The notes under the pieces: generated by a model
Databases searched by the model: none
What the model was told of the DNA's origin: nothing
What the model saw: only the letters and a program-made list of their open reading frames with translations
Translations under genes and position numbers: made by a program
Assembly: GCA_964016885.1 (NCBI GenBank)
Contig: OZ024741.1
Location: 284,332,001-284,396,000, forward strand
Direction: 5' to 3'
Length of the DNA: 64,000 nt
From: Eledone cirrhosa
Lineage: Eukaryota
Shown: positions 15,291 to 28,905 of the stretch, piece by piece
Numbering within the stretch: the first letter of the stretch is position 1
Layout: each line of letters begins with the position of its first letter

Positions 15291-18200
15291 ATATTCTGTC
15301 GAAAAACTTTAGCGGGAAAAGTTCTTTATGTAACACTTGTTGGCAGTGTATGAATCTGGAGAAAAAGTGGACAAAAATGTTGTCACGAAAGCTAGGATCA
15401 TTAACAAGGAATGCGAAAGATTTAAACTTAACGAACTAACTATAGACATATTTAAATGCTTAATTTTCGTGCAAAGATTAACTGCAAAGAAGGATGCGGA
15501 AATTCGTACAAGAATTCTGACAAAATTCGAGCAGAATCAGAACTTAACATTACAGGAAATATCTGAGGAATGTCAGAGAATTATAAATCTGAGACATGAT
15601 ACGGAAAGAATCGAAGACTACTCTCATACACAGGCGGTGTGACCTAAAATAAAAAACAAAAAAAATAATCCATGTTTCGGATGTGGAGGATTACACTTTA
15701 GATATGATTGTACTTTTAAAAACTTAAAGTTCTGCGAGTGTGGGAGAATAGGACAAAAAAAAAAATCACACTGCAAAACTATTCATCCAAGAAAAATATT
15801 CTGCCGATGTAAAGACGTCATCGGCAGAAGAAAAAAATTAATGAGACATAAAGGAAATTTGTGTGAGAAAAAATTAACAACGTGAATGTGAAATTGTAGT
15901 TAGATACAGGTAGCGACATTACTATAATCAACGAAGACACGTGGAAAACCAGGAAACCTACTTTAAATAAAACCTTGAAGATTGTACTTGTTTCGGGGAA
16001 GAAATTATATTTTAAAGGCGAAATAGTAAGTAACGTTACATTTTGTGGCAAGATTGTAAAAGTTAAAGCTTATGTATTAAGAAATATAGGAAATACAACA
16101 AATATTTTCAGTACTCACTGGATGGAGCTGTTAGACTTATGGGATTTACTCAAAAATATTTTTTGCAAAAATGTAATTGAGTCGTCCACCAGTTCAAACC
16201 AAGAGACAGAAAAAAAAAAAAAAAAATTGAAAAGGTGGGTCCTCGATGTTTTTTTCGGATGAGTTAGGTCGTTGTACTAAAACTAAAACTAAATTTCAAG
16301 TGAAAGAAAATGCGACACCTGTATTTATACCCAAACATAATATACCGGTTACAGCATTATATCAAGTTAACAAAGAATTAGATAGACTGGAAAAAATGGG
16401 AGTGATTGAAAAAATTGACCACGCAGAGTAGGCAGCTCCAAGAGTGCATGTAAAAAAAAAAAAATAACATTCGTGTATGTGCCAAGTCCAAATGAAATTT
16501 TTGCGAGACTAAACACTGAAAAGGTTTTCTCAAAATTATACCTTTTTGAAGCTTACCTACAAATACAAGTTGAAGACGAATGTACAAAGTTGTTGACAAT
16601 AAATACGCATAAAAATTTGTACAAATTTAACCGACTGTCTTTTGGCATAAAAGTTGCTCCGGCTATATTCCAACAAGTTATGGATACGATGCTGGCAGAT
16701 TGTGATTTCGGGATTGCATACTTGGACGACGTATTGACATCGGACTTATCATTAGCTTATTATAACCTAAAAATAGAAATCGTATTGGCTTCAGATGCTA
16801 GTGAGTACGGTATTGGAGTTGTGATTCTGCACCCATATGATGATGGTAGCACGAAAGCTGTAGCTTATGCCACACCTTCTTTACTATCAGCAGAAAAGAA
16901 TTACAACCAAATCGAAAAAGAGGCGTTAGCAATAATTTTTGCAGTGAAAAAATTTCACAAGTTTATTCATGAAAGTTTTCATTTACAGACTGATCACTGT
17001 CCTTTGTTGTCAATTTACGGATCAAAGAAAGGAATTCTCACCCATACAGCAAATAGATTACAATGCTGGTGCACCATTTTATTAAATTTTAAGATGGAAT
17101 ATCGACCAATCAAAAAATTAGGAGATGCTGATGGCCTAACAAGATTGATACCTAAAAATAGTGAACCGTTTGAAGATCGCAGCATTAAGTGCCGAAGAGG
17201 AAATACAAAGTATATTGTGTAACGTAGTATGGGAATTACCTGTTACCTTAGAAGAAATAAAATTAAAAGTGGAAGAAGACGTTTTTATTACGAAAATGAA
17301 AAGATTACTGAGAGCAGAAACAATAAATAAAAATATGCGGTTTGCTGAACGTATCCCAGAATTGAACTCGTACTCAATTAGTGACAATGTTCTGATGTAT
17401 GCATAAAGAGTAGTAATGCCGATCACACTACAAAAGCGAATATCTGAAGAATTTCACATTAGTCTTTCGGGAATTTCAAGAATGAAAGCCCTTAAGAGAA
17501 GTTATGTATACTGGCCCAAAATGGACCAATTGAAAAGTTGGTAAAATCCTGCAATGGTTGCGCTCTGGCAGCAAAATCGTTCACTATAAAATTTCAACCT
17601 TGGCCAAAGACAGATATTCCATGGTCCAGACTACATATAGATTTTGCAGGTCCACTAAACGGATCATATTATCTTATAGTGGTAGATAGCTTTACTAAAT
17701 GGCCTGGAATTTGATTTGTAAAAAAACAACTTCCTCGGTTACAATAAGTTTTTTACACGAATTGTTTGTAAGATATGGTATTCCTGATACCATAGTTTCT
17801 GATAATGGGACACAATTCACTGCGCATGAATTTAAAAGATTTTGTAAAATGTTCTCTATGGCAGGCATGTCAAAACCGAGGGTCACCCAAGGGCCGCATG
17901 GGTCACATATGTGTTGTCTGTGGGCTGCACACGACAACTAATTGTGCACATTACAACTAATTAAAATCATTTAATAAAATTTATTGCAGACAAATTCGTT
18001 ACTTAAATTTAGAAACATACAATGTACATAGACATTTTTTCGCAGGATTCATTAATACAAAGTAATAAAGTGGTTTGACAAAATAGTAAAATTTTAAATG
18101 GCAACATATACTTGCAGCTTGCAACAGCAACAAATGCATTGTACAAAAATTAAAACAGTTCCAAACTGAACATTTATTTGTTACTATTCAACCATTTTTA

Positions 18201-20372
18201 CTGTTTTGTCCTGAGGCTTGGCACCTCTATTTGTTGACAATTTTTGGTATGTCTGACTGAAATGTCTGTATAGTTCCGACTTTGAACAGAGATGACAAGT
18301 GTTGATCAGTCAGCCTTGTTCTCTGAGAAGTTTTTTGTTAATTTCATGAAGGAAAATACATAGGTAGAACCAAACATTGACATAATCTTTGTGGCAAACT
18401 TTCTGAAGTTTTAAAACTTTTGAGGAAGGTATGAAAAAAACCCAGGTATCCCCACTTCAAGATACTTTGCTCTGGGTGTAGAATCTGACTGTATTTCCAA
18501 TAGTTCCATCTGCAGGCTTTCTTCTGCCTTGGCAACACAAAAGGTGAATGGTGCTGAGAATAATGCAAACTGTGTTCAAAAGATGAGAAATCACAAAATC
18601 TTTCCTGAAATTCCTTTGACAACAATTCCAGGTGATTGTCAAGTTTTCTATTTTTGTTCGTAACTTGGCAACAACACCATTATGTCTGTCAACCATATTC
18701 GCAGCACCATCAGTAGATAAGCATGCAAGTTTACTCAAATCAAAACCATAGTCATGCGGAACCTGCCCGACCTTCTCAAAGATGTCCTGGCTTGTTATAG
18801 TGTCATGCATGGGGACCAGTTCAATTAGTTCTTCATAAATATCAAATTCACTATCACAAGCCCTGATGAAGATTGCAAGCTGTGCTATTCCAGTGATGTC
18901 AACAGTCTCATCAATAGCAATAGAAAAATACATTGATGATACAGCCTTCAACTGTTGCTTTAGATCACCTGACATTTCATCAATCTGTTCAGCAACAGTG
19001 TTCCTAGTTAATGAAATGTCTTTGAATAACTGTGCTTTCTCTGGACATACAATTACTTTCTCTGGACATACAATACAGCTGTTTTTACAAGGCATTGCTT
19101 TACAAAATCTCCTTTACTGTAAGATTTCCCACTCATGGCGATCATTCGGCTGAGTTCATAGCTTGCAGTAACGAAAGCGACATTCTCTTCCTGAATTTTC
19201 ATAAAACAAGTCTGTTTCTGTGTCAGGTTAGCCTTCAATTCCTTGAGTCTTGAAACACGCATTGGCTTTCATATTTATCGTAAGATCGATGGTTCGTATC
19301 ATAACGCCTTTTCAAATTGTAATCTTTTGGCGTGATGATGCAGTTGTTGTAAATTAAACAGTGTATCTTTCTGTTCACCATTGTGCAAAAATACTGTAAT
19401 TCTCACTTTTGTTGAAACACTCGTCCTTCGTTCAATTTCCTTTTTCTCTTAGCTGGAGGAGCACTAGCCATTTTAAAAGAAAAAAACTATTGAAATTTTG
19501 AAAGAAAGTTTTCTGTTTACAACTGTTAATGAGCTGCGCGTGATTCATCAGAAGTTAAAAGTAATTGATAAACGTTGCCCCCCCCCCTGAAAATCAATCG
19601 TATCGAAACATTTTTTTCTTTTATATTACGAAGATAAAACATGCTCGCGCTGTAAAAACTGTTGTGCACGTCGCAGGAGTGTTTGCAAAGGGCCGCATGC
19701 GGGCCCGCGGACCACATGTTTGACATGCCTGCTCTATGGAACATGTTACCACTCTGTCATATCATCCAAGGTCAAATGGGCAAGAGGAACGTTTTGTGGA
19801 TACATTTAAGAGGGCTTTAAAGAAAACAAACAATGAAATAGTAGATGATTTAGCACTTCAATAATTGTTATGAGTATACCGTGTTACACCAAATTCTAAT
19901 ATCCCTGCAGGCATGGCACCTGCGGAATTGATGTTCGCAAAGAAAATTAAGTTAGTGTTTGACAGTGTTACCGGGTCGAAAAAGAAAAATATCAGATAAC
20001 AAAAATAATACATTTTTCAAAATTTTTCGAAATTTGTGTTTTTTAGAATGTATAGGAAATGGTAAAGAAATGTGGGAAGGCGGTGTGATAAATAAACAAA
20101 TTTGAAAAATTTTATATATGGTAAAAAGGTTACAAATGGGAACATAAGAGACATAAATCAGTTTTAAAAAAAAGGTTTGCTGAAGAAAGAGTCACGAGAA
20201 ATGAAGAACCAATGAAAGTGTTATATATTTTCAATGTGCCAACCCCCAAAGAAATTGTTGAACCTGCACGTACGAGTATGAGGAAAAGGAAACGTACGGA
20301 ATTATTAGAAGTGGATCCAAAACGTAAAAAAATATTAAGCTTTGGGCGGAGTTTAGTTTTCAAAAGGCAGAG
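15291..20372 (+). mobile_element. Decayed Ty3/Gypsy LTR retrotransposon internal region (gag zinc knuckle, PR, RT, RNase H, IN)
   Basis: CFGCGGLHFRYDC; LDTGSDITII; YLQI..FGIKVAPAIFQ..AYLDD; SDASEYGIG..EKEALAI..TDH; RLHIDFAGP, IVSDNGTQF, YHPRSNGQEERFV. PPT-like aaaaggcagagg|tg at ~20362-20374. Confidence 0.92.
17862..19731 (-). mobile_element. hAT DNA transposon (Buster/SPIN-like, GTF2IRD2-type transposase), internally deleted
   Basis: 13-bp TIRs CAGGCATGTCAAA / TTTGACATGCCTG; 8-bp TSD CTCTATGG (17854-17861, 19732-19739); FKDISLTRNTVAEQI, FSIAIDETVDITGIAQLAIFIR, STDGAANM. Confidence 0.95.
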
Positions 20373-20387
20373 GTGGGTGAAAAGTGG

Positions 20388-20422
<35 letters not shown>

Positions 20423-20425
20423 TAT

Positions 20426-22715
20426 GTCATCAAACCGGCGGACAAGGGAGGCGCCGTGGTGGTGTGGCGCGCGGCCCTCTACACGGCCGAAGCCCTCAGG
20501 CAGCTCTGTAACCCCCTCTTTTACCGCCCTCTGCCCTCCGATCCCACCCCCCTCTACCAACAACAAGTCTCCTCCACCATCAAAGACCTTATTGCCTCCT
20601 CCCTCCTCCCCCCCACCGCTTCCCACCTCATCGTCCGCACCCCCGCACCCCACCATCTACTTCCTCCCCAAACTCCACAAACCCGACAACCCCGGCCGCC
20701 CCATCGTCTCCGCTTGCAACTGCCCCACCGAACTCATCTCCGGCTTTCTCGACTCCCTCCTCGCCCCCCTTGTCACCACCCTCCCCTCCCACATCTCTGA
20801 CACCAACCACGCCCTGCGCCTTTTCGACTCCTTCACCTACCTACCCGGCCCTCAGCCATTCCTCTTCACCCTAGACATCAAGTCCCTCTATACCGTCATC
20901 CCCCACGCCGACGGCCTTCGCGCCCTCAAACACTACCTCGACCTTCGCCCCTCCCCCATTCCCTCCACCCCCACCCTCCTTCGCCTCGCCGAGCTGGTCC
21001 TCACCCTAAATTGTTTCTCCTTCTCGGGTGAGTTTTACCAACAGGTCACGGGGGTAGCCATGGGCACAAGAATGGGCTCGAACTATGCCAACCTTTTTGT
21101 TGGCCATGTTGAGGCCCAAATCTTTGCCCAGTACACCGGCCCCACGCCCGAACTGTACGGTCGTTACATTGACGACTGTATCGGAGCCACGACCCTCACC
21201 CGAGTAAAGCTCGACTCCTTTCTCTCCTTCTTCTGCTCCTTCCACCCCTCCCTCCACTTCACTACCTCTATCTCCACCACCCACGTCCACTTCTTGGACA
21301 TCTCCGTCGCCTTCGACCCCTCCCACCACTCCCTCGTCACCTCCGCCTTCTTCAAACCCACCGACTCCCACTCTTACCTCGACTTCACCTCTTCCCACCC
21401 CACCCACACTAAACTCTCCATTCCCTACTCCCAACTTCTCAGGATCCGCCACCTCTGTAGCCGAGATGCTGACTTCGAGTCCCAGGCCCTTTCCCTAGTC
21501 AGCCATTTCATCCGCAGAGGTTACTCCCCCCCTCTCGTCCACACCGCTCTCACCCGCGCCCGTGCTATCCCCCTCTCCACCACCCTCACCCCACGCCACC
21601 GCACACCCACCCACCGTCTCCCCTTCACCATCACCTACCACCCCTCCACCTTACCCCTCCACCGCACCATCCGCCGCCTCTTCCGACGCCTCCAGTCAGA
21701 CCCCTCCACCTCCCACATCTTCCCAACCCCACCACTCCCCTCCTTCAAACGCGCACGCAATCTCCGCACCCTCCTCGTCCACAGCTCCCTACCCCCCAAC
21801 CCACGCTCCGGTTCCCCCCCGGTTCCTTCCCCTGTTCTAGGCCCCGCTGCAACACCTGTCCCCACATCACCAACACCACCACCTTCCAGGGTCCCAACGG
21901 CCACCCTCTCTCGGTCCGGCATGCCTTCCGCTGCACCTCCTCCAACCTAGTCTACGGACTTCGTTGCACGGAGTGCAGCGCGACTTATGTCGGACAGACG
22001 GGACGTCGCCTGGCGGACCGAGTCACGGAGCACCTCCGTGATATTCGTCTCGGGGGCAGTTCCCCGTCGCCCGCCACTTTGGTGGCCCTGGACACTCTGC
22101 ACGCCATCTCACAGTCTGTGGCCTACTCCAGTGCCACGGAACACCCGCCCATCGCCTTACGGTCGAACAACGCACTATCTTCATCTTACAGACCCACACT
22201 CCCCCCGGCCTGAACTCCCCACCCTTATTCCCTTAGCGTTCGACCGCCCCTCTCCCCCCACACTTATTCCCCACTAACACACCCCTCCTTTTCACCGCCA
22301 ACCCCACACTAACAATACTAACACCTCCACTCCACCCCTCATCTGACCACGCTTCCCCAACTAACATACTAACATCCCTTCCCTCCCCTCTTCTCCCACT
22401 CCCCCTCCTTATCACACGCACACACGCACCCACTTACACCACCCACCCCACACGCAACTAACATCACTAACACCCTCCAACCCCACGCACACGTACCCAC
22501 ACACCCTCGTACACCACCAACTCTACACACCCTACCCCCACTAACCCCCACTCACACCTGCATTCCACCCCTCCCCACCTCCCGTATACTAACACCCACT
22601 AACACCTCTTCACCAAACTACACACACACCAGTACACCACACTCCCTCCATAGAACCACACACACCCTTCTCTCCCCGCTCCACACTCACTCATCCCACT
22701 AACACCCCTACTAAT

Positions 22716-22746
<31 letters not shown>

Positions 22747-23692
22747 CCTCACTCCAACTCTCACACCTACCCATCCTCGCCTCCCTACCATTCCGCCCAC
22801 TGTCTCAGCACCAACTGACCACAGCACTCCCACTGCTGACCACTTCCTGTTGCGCGCGCACCCCACATCTCTCCTCTTCCGACCACCGCTTCTTGGATTA
22901 CCCACACGCGATATTGACTTCTAACCAAAATCTCCAAACATCCGTGTAACTTACCAACTTTTCAACCATCCTCTTACACCATCACCTATATAACTCACCC
23001 ACACACACACCCCCAAAAATTTTTTTTATCCACACGCCACCCACACCCACAACACGCTTAAACCACACACACGTGCTTCCCACCACATATTTACACCCTC
23101 AGCCCCCTGATTCCTCTCCCCCACCCCCTATCCACACACGCACAGACCCTCCGACCCACAAAAACACCCCCCACACACACACCTTCCTGAACATGCAACC
23201 CTGTTCTTCCCCCAACCCTCACTTTCACATACACACACACACACACACACGCACACCTAACCACACACACCACCTTCAGCCCTCCCCGCTCGGACACCCC
23301 GTCTCCCTCTCCCCACTCCACCCGCCACCACCCCTACTCACCCCACACCCTTCCACCACCTGTTTACCCCCCTTTTAATTTCAGTTTATTTTGATCATGC
23401 CTTTATTTTTAAATTTTCTCATTCCTTGTATTTTGATCATGCTTTATTTTTATTTATTATTTATTATATTTTTGTCTTTATTTGTTAATTTTTCATTCGC
23501 ACCGTTTCCTTTCGCTATATGTCTCTCCACCACTCCTCTACACACCTTTTGAACTCTGTTCCCACACACTTCTCACCTGAAGAAGGGCTTATGCCCGAAA
23601 CGTCGTCCCCCACCTACCCCCCACTCTGCTGGGCGTGAATTTAATAAACATTTATCGTACTGCCTCTCTGTTCTGTCCCTGTTCAATTTTTC

Positions 23693-23694
<2 letters not shown>
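20426..23694 (+). mobile_element. 5'-truncated Penelope-like element (Neptune-type, RT + GIY-YIG) with long C-rich 3' UTR
   Basis: IKPADKGGAVVVW, YFLPKLHK..PGRPIVS, LDIKSLYT, GVAMGT, RYIDD, FLDI, KPTDSHSYL; Cys linker PCSRPRCNTC; NLVYGLRC..YVGQTGRRLADRVTEH. Frameshifts near 20650, 21815 and 22070. TA on both sides. Confidence 0.93.
23575..23606 (+). ncRNA. Minimal type I hammerhead motif of the PLE
   Basis: ac-CTGAAGA-agggc(ttat)gccc-GAAAC-GTC-gt. No stem III loop; the ACGT palindrome fits the dimer-dependent PLE type. Confidence 0.75.
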
Positions 23695-23737
<43 letters not shown>

Positions 23738-24149
23738 ACACTCCTGAGGAAGAGAAATCTCAAAAGAGGAGCTGTTGGGAAAAAAACCCTGAACACCCTC
23801 GCATAACTGAAAGCAGACTAGATGAAATGTCTATAAATAATAACTGCAGTGAACTTTCAGGTAGACTGTGTGTACACAGTCTCTCGTTGGTAGTTTGAAA
23901 TTTTGCCTAGTGAATACTTTGCTTTACCCTTGTTTCGTACAGATATACTAAACAGGTGAGTCACACCATTATAACAGTGTTGCACTCCCTAAATGGGATG
24001 CATATGAGCCTTTTGAGGCAATTGAATTCGTCGTTACATGTCAACTTTATTAGTTCAACTCTCACACCTATACAGAAGGATTGAAGTCACCAAAGCCTCA
24101 CTGGAAAACTAATGAAGTTACTTTTCCATATGATGTTCAGCTTCCTCAT

Positions 24150-25810
24150 GGCAGAAGAGGCCAGGCCAACTCATGTCATTATCTCCTTTTAAGATCTGGC
24201 GTCTTTGGTCAGAGTGGATCCAAGGTACTTGAAAGTGTTCACTACAAGTCTTCCTCCATTCACTATGATGCTGGTTGCTGTATTCTGGCTATTACTATTA
24301 ACCAGAATCTTGTTCTTTTCTGAGCTGATCTCCATTCTGTATGTTCCTGATACTTTTTCTACTCTAGTAGTGAGCTCCTGATAATCTGTGTTACTACTTT
24401 CTATCAGGGCAATATCACCAGCAAGGTACAGGTTGAAAATGGGCCGTTCTCCTTTGAAAATAGGTGTGTAAGTTTTGGATTGCCTTTTGCATGATGTTCC
24501 CCAGGAAGATGCTGAAAAGCAATAGAGAGAGAAGTCATCGTTTGTTTAACTCCCACTGTTGTCCTGAGGAATTCTCCAGTGTTGTTAATCAGGAGAACTA
24601 CACTGCTTGAATTTTTATACAATGCTTGGATTACTTGGATGAAGTTGCTCTTGAAGTTGTAATCCTTTATCATCTGCCAGAAACCTTCATGTTAAAAGTC
24701 TTTTTTGAAATCAAAGAAGTTATGTTAGAAGTCAGATTGGTGCTGCAGATATTTTTGGGTTAGCATTCTGATCTTAAATATCAGCTTTGATGAACTCCTT
24801 TAGGGCCTGAATCCTTCCTGTTACTCTGCTAGAACTTTTTCTACTTATGTCTGTATAAAAGATCCTTTAGCAGTGCTTTACTGGGGTGTCTAATTAGACT
24901 GATTGTTCAATAATTCTGGCAGAGTCTTTAGTTTCCTTTTTTGGGTAATGTGTATCATTAGTGATTGGGTCAACTCCTTAGGCCTTTTCTTTGTTTCCCC
25001 ATATCTTCTGGCAGGTAACTGTCAGTGCCTTGATAAGTTTTGACCATCCATGATTTAAGATCTCTAATGGGATGTTATCCACTCCGGGGGATTTCCAATC
25101 TATCTTTGAGTATGTGCACTGCTTCTTCAACTTCCTCCTGGAGATATGGAGTGTCCTCAAGTTCTCTATTCTTATTGATGGAATTGTCCAGAATGTTGAT
25201 GTCATGTATGAGGTAATAAAGATCTTTGCAATACTTAGACCATCTTTTGACAACATTGGTCTTGTCTGAAGAGCAAGTCTGTTTTGTCTTGAATGACAGT
25301 GGTGATGTCTTGCTTTGGTTTTGTTAGCATTTTGAAGGTTTCATAAGCAACCCTTTTTTATCCCAACTTTGATGTTTTTGTACCAGTCTGTTATCTGCTT
25401 CTCTTTGGCTTCCTTCATTTTTTTCTTATTCTCAGCAGTGTACTACTGCCCTGCCTCCTGATCTGCTAGCTTAGTCCTGATATTGTTGGACAGGGAGTTA
25501 CTATATTATTCTAGAAGTTTGAAGGCTGTAAACTTTCCACCTATGTTAACCTCAAACATTGCTGCAACCTTAGCTTTTTGACATCAAACCTATTATGTGT
25601 AGTTCCCTTCTTATGGATATTTTCAGAACCAAATCATGATCACTGTTAAGATCTGCACCAGGTAAGGTCTTAGTTCTGGCCTTATTGATGCTAGACTTGA
25701 ACAGGTACAAAATCTCAGCAGTCATTGGCCATCTAAATTGATGGACCCAGTTTTGACCTCTACCAACAGTTCTGTAATGTCCATCTGGAGTCATAGTATC
25801 TAACAAGGTT
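24150..25810 (-). mobile_element. Decayed RTE-like LINE (EN end + RT)
   Basis: LPGADLNSDHDLV, KSPGVDNIPLE, FLRTTVGV on the minus strand; heavily disrupted. Confidence 0.75.
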
Positions 25811-26806
25811 GTCAAACACTGTCCTGGAGTATTTTACAAGACAAAAAAAAAATGGAAACAAAATAAAACTTTCATGAAATAGCATGGCAAAGACAAATAT
25901 GTATAGAAATATATGGGAGGAAGGATTTGTCTCTGGAAGCTTAGGTTGAAAGAAGGGTATTTGTGAATGGTGCAAGTTTATGTGCCAAAATGAGAGTCCA
26001 AATAGAGATCCTTGATGGAGTTACTGCAGTGTTATATGTAGTTAAGACTGAATCATATATCCTAATTGGAGACTTCAATGCACATGTTGGCACTGACTAC
26101 CTAACATGGAAAGGAATGATTGGATGGAATGGTGAAACTGATCTAAATGTGAATGGAGAGGCCTTATCAGACTTCTATTCTACTAATAGGCCCTCTATAA
26201 TGAACACCTTCCAGCACAGAGACATCCATAAATATACATAGTACAAGGGGAACCAGGGAATCAAAAATTGATTTTGTTAATGTGTCTGATCTCTTCAATT
26301 CTGTACTGGATGTTCATTTTAAGAGAGGAGCTCAACTGTCAACTGATCATCAATTAGTTTTCTGCAACCTGAGACTACCTAAAGCCAAGAGAGCCCACAA
26401 AACTTGCAGGTTCAGCTTGACCTAAGGTGGGAAATGCTGGTTGATGAGGAGCATCTAAGCCAGAGAACTCCTTGAACAACCTGAGAGGTTGAAATGGAGT
26501 GAAGACTGTTCAGCTAAACAGTTTCTGCTTCAGCTGTGAAATGCTGTGGGTGAAGGCAGTTTGGTGTGGCATTGGGTGCTCTGGTTCAATCAGGAGGTTA
26601 AAAATGTCACTTGAGGAAAGAAAGAAGTTTACAAAGCTTGGCTTAGAAATAAATCTTCCTTCTTGTACTTGTAGTACAATCAAAGTATTCTGATAGACCA
26701 ACCCACAACTTCATAATAAGAAGCCCCCCCCCCCCCCCTGCCTGCTATCAGGAATTCATCTAGGGTTCTTCATTCTGAAGAGAGGTTCATTCTCATGAGG
26801 TAGAGA

Positions 26807-26997
26807 TAATTGTTTCTACTTTTGGCACAAGGCCATCAATTATCCCAGTGCATTACTGGTACTTTATTTTATCGACCCCGTAAGGATGAAAAGCAAAGTC
26901 AACCTCGGCGGGATTTGAACTCAGATCGTAAAAGGATGTAACTATGCTGGAAAGCATGGTGTCTGACCCTCTACCGATACTGCCAATCCACTGCCCT
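26807..26997 (-). mobile_element. tRNA-derived SINE with 14-bp TSD
   Basis: Full-length reverse copy; TSD tcatgaggtagaga at 26793-26806 and 26998-27011. Confidence 0.9.
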
Positions 26998-27006
26998 TCA
27001 TGAGGT

Positions 27007-27406
27007 AGAGAATACTTTCTCTATGTAATGCTTTTAACATCTTGGGCTGAATTTCATCCTCCTCAGAGGCCTTACCAGATTTGATCGCTTTAATTCCTCT
27101 GGTGACCTCAGCTTCCAAGAGATTAGTTTTCACCCCTAGATGCACCTGTATATCAGAAGATATTGTTGTGTCTGGACTTAAGAGATCAGCAATTATTATC
27201 TCTACCTCATGAGATAATAATTGTTGATCTCTTAAGTCCAGTCACAACAATATCTTCTGATACACAGGTGCATCTAGGGGTGAAAACTAATCTCTTGGAA
27301 GCTGAGGTCACCAGAGGAATAAAAGCGATCTAATCTGGCAAGGCCTCTGAGGAGGATGAAATTCAGCCCAAGATGTTAAAAGCATTACATAGAGAAAGTA
27401 TTCTCT
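27007..27406. repeat. Fold-back inverted duplication, 196-bp arms (27007-27202 / 27211-27406)
   Basis: Arms are reverse complements with about 6 mismatches by eye; 8-nt loop. Confidence 0.92.
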
Positions 27407-28391
27407 TGTTGGCTCATGTATACTGGGTTGCCTGGATCTCTGGAAAGGCACCATAGCAATAGCAATTGGGAGTGGTAATTTTCAAGAAGGGAGACAAGAG
27501 AGATTGCTCTAATTATAGAGGAATCTCCTTGTTAAGCCTCCCAGTATCTGCTAAGTGTTGGCAAAGTAATGTAGGGACATTATTGAGTACAAGCTAGTGG
27601 ATGGACAGTGTGGGTTTTGCCGTGGATACAGCACAGCTCATCAAATATTCTCAGTGTGGTAGGTCTTCAAGAGATCATGAGAGTATTGCCAAGTAGTGTA
27701 TGCTTGTTTTGTGGACCTTGAAAAGGCACATGACTGCTTTCCACAGGACTTGTAGCAGGTTCCACAGGAATATGGGGTTGATGGACAGCTATTTGTTGCC
27801 TTGAAGTTCTATACGAATGTATAAGTGTTTGGATAAACCATTCAATGTGGGTGTCAGACTTTACCAAGGGTTTGTACTGTTACCTCTCTTGTTCATAATC
27901 TTCATAAACAGGATTGACATGAACAGTCTGGCTGGAAGTGATATCAAGTGTGGGATTATTCAGCTATTTAATTCATTGGAAGGTGTTCTCTGACATGCAT
28001 TGGATAGTTTTGCTGTAAAGACTGAGACACTTGTCCTCTCAAGAATGCCTTTATAGTGCACTCTACATGTGATTGGAGTTCCACTAAAGTAGGTGGAGAA
28101 GTTTAAGTATGGAGCCATTTTCATGTTTCTTCTGCTATACCTTGGCATTAGCCTAAACCTTGTAAGTGAAATTTGGTAGACAGAAACTGTGCTGATGCCT
28201 GTCATATATGTGTATGTATATGTGTGTGTATGTGTTATGTGTTCAACAAAAAGAGATTGATAAAATAAGTATTAAACTTGGAAAAATAAGTTCTGGGATC
28301 AACAAGTAAATCTTTTGAAATTGGTGTCCCAGTATGGCTGCTGAAACTAACAAAAGAATAACAGTATGTATATATATAGTTTCAATTTCAG

Positions 28392-28520
28392 CATCAAATT
28401 CAAGTGGTAATATTCTTCCTTGTCCAAATGCTAATACTCATTATTCAGTTTCAACTGTTCAAATAATTCAAAACATGAAGAAATCTAATTTTCTCTTGGA
28501 ACAAATACACATCAAAGAAA
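28392..28520 (+). CDS. Host gene exon A (phase 1-1), lectin/discoidin-like C-terminal strands
   Basis: tttcag|...|gtaagt; 129 nt; SNSSGNILPCPNANTHYSVSTVQIIQNMKKSNFLLEQIHIKE. Confidence 0.7.
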
Positions 28521-28905
28521 GTAAGTTCACGTTTTACTATTTCAATAAAATCCCAGATAGCCCCTTCGTATTTATTACTCTAGGCTAGTTCTTCAATGTG
28601 TGTCTGTCTATTTAACACACTAGGCTAGCTCTACATTGTGTGCACTCTTCCCTTAAGTAAAATAATTTCAACTTAAAATTTGGTAAGCTTGTGAATGTAG
28701 TTTTGTAACATCTTTTACTCTGATTATACTAAGAAAATTACTGAGCTTGCATTTTCCACTACACAATCCACACACAGCCAACCCAAATCATATTACAAGT
28801 CATGAAACAATACACCTCCCATGCACCTATTTGGTGATTTCCACAACACTGCGACAACAAAGATGATAGTGATTTATTTATGGATCACAGAAGATCATTA
28901 TATAT

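Larger units (their letters stand above)
25950..28110 (+). mobile_element. Decayed RTE-like LINE (EN + RT), interrupted by a SINE and an inverted duplication
   Basis: IGDFNAHVG, IMNTFQHRDIHKYT, FKKGDKRDCSNYRGISLL, QGFVLLPLLFIIF. Confidence 0.8.

Noticed and set aside
23943-23955. 13-nt micro-exon candidate (gtacag|atatactaaacag|gtgagt)
   Set aside because: The phase needed to join exon A contains TAA; cannot be supported without transcripts.
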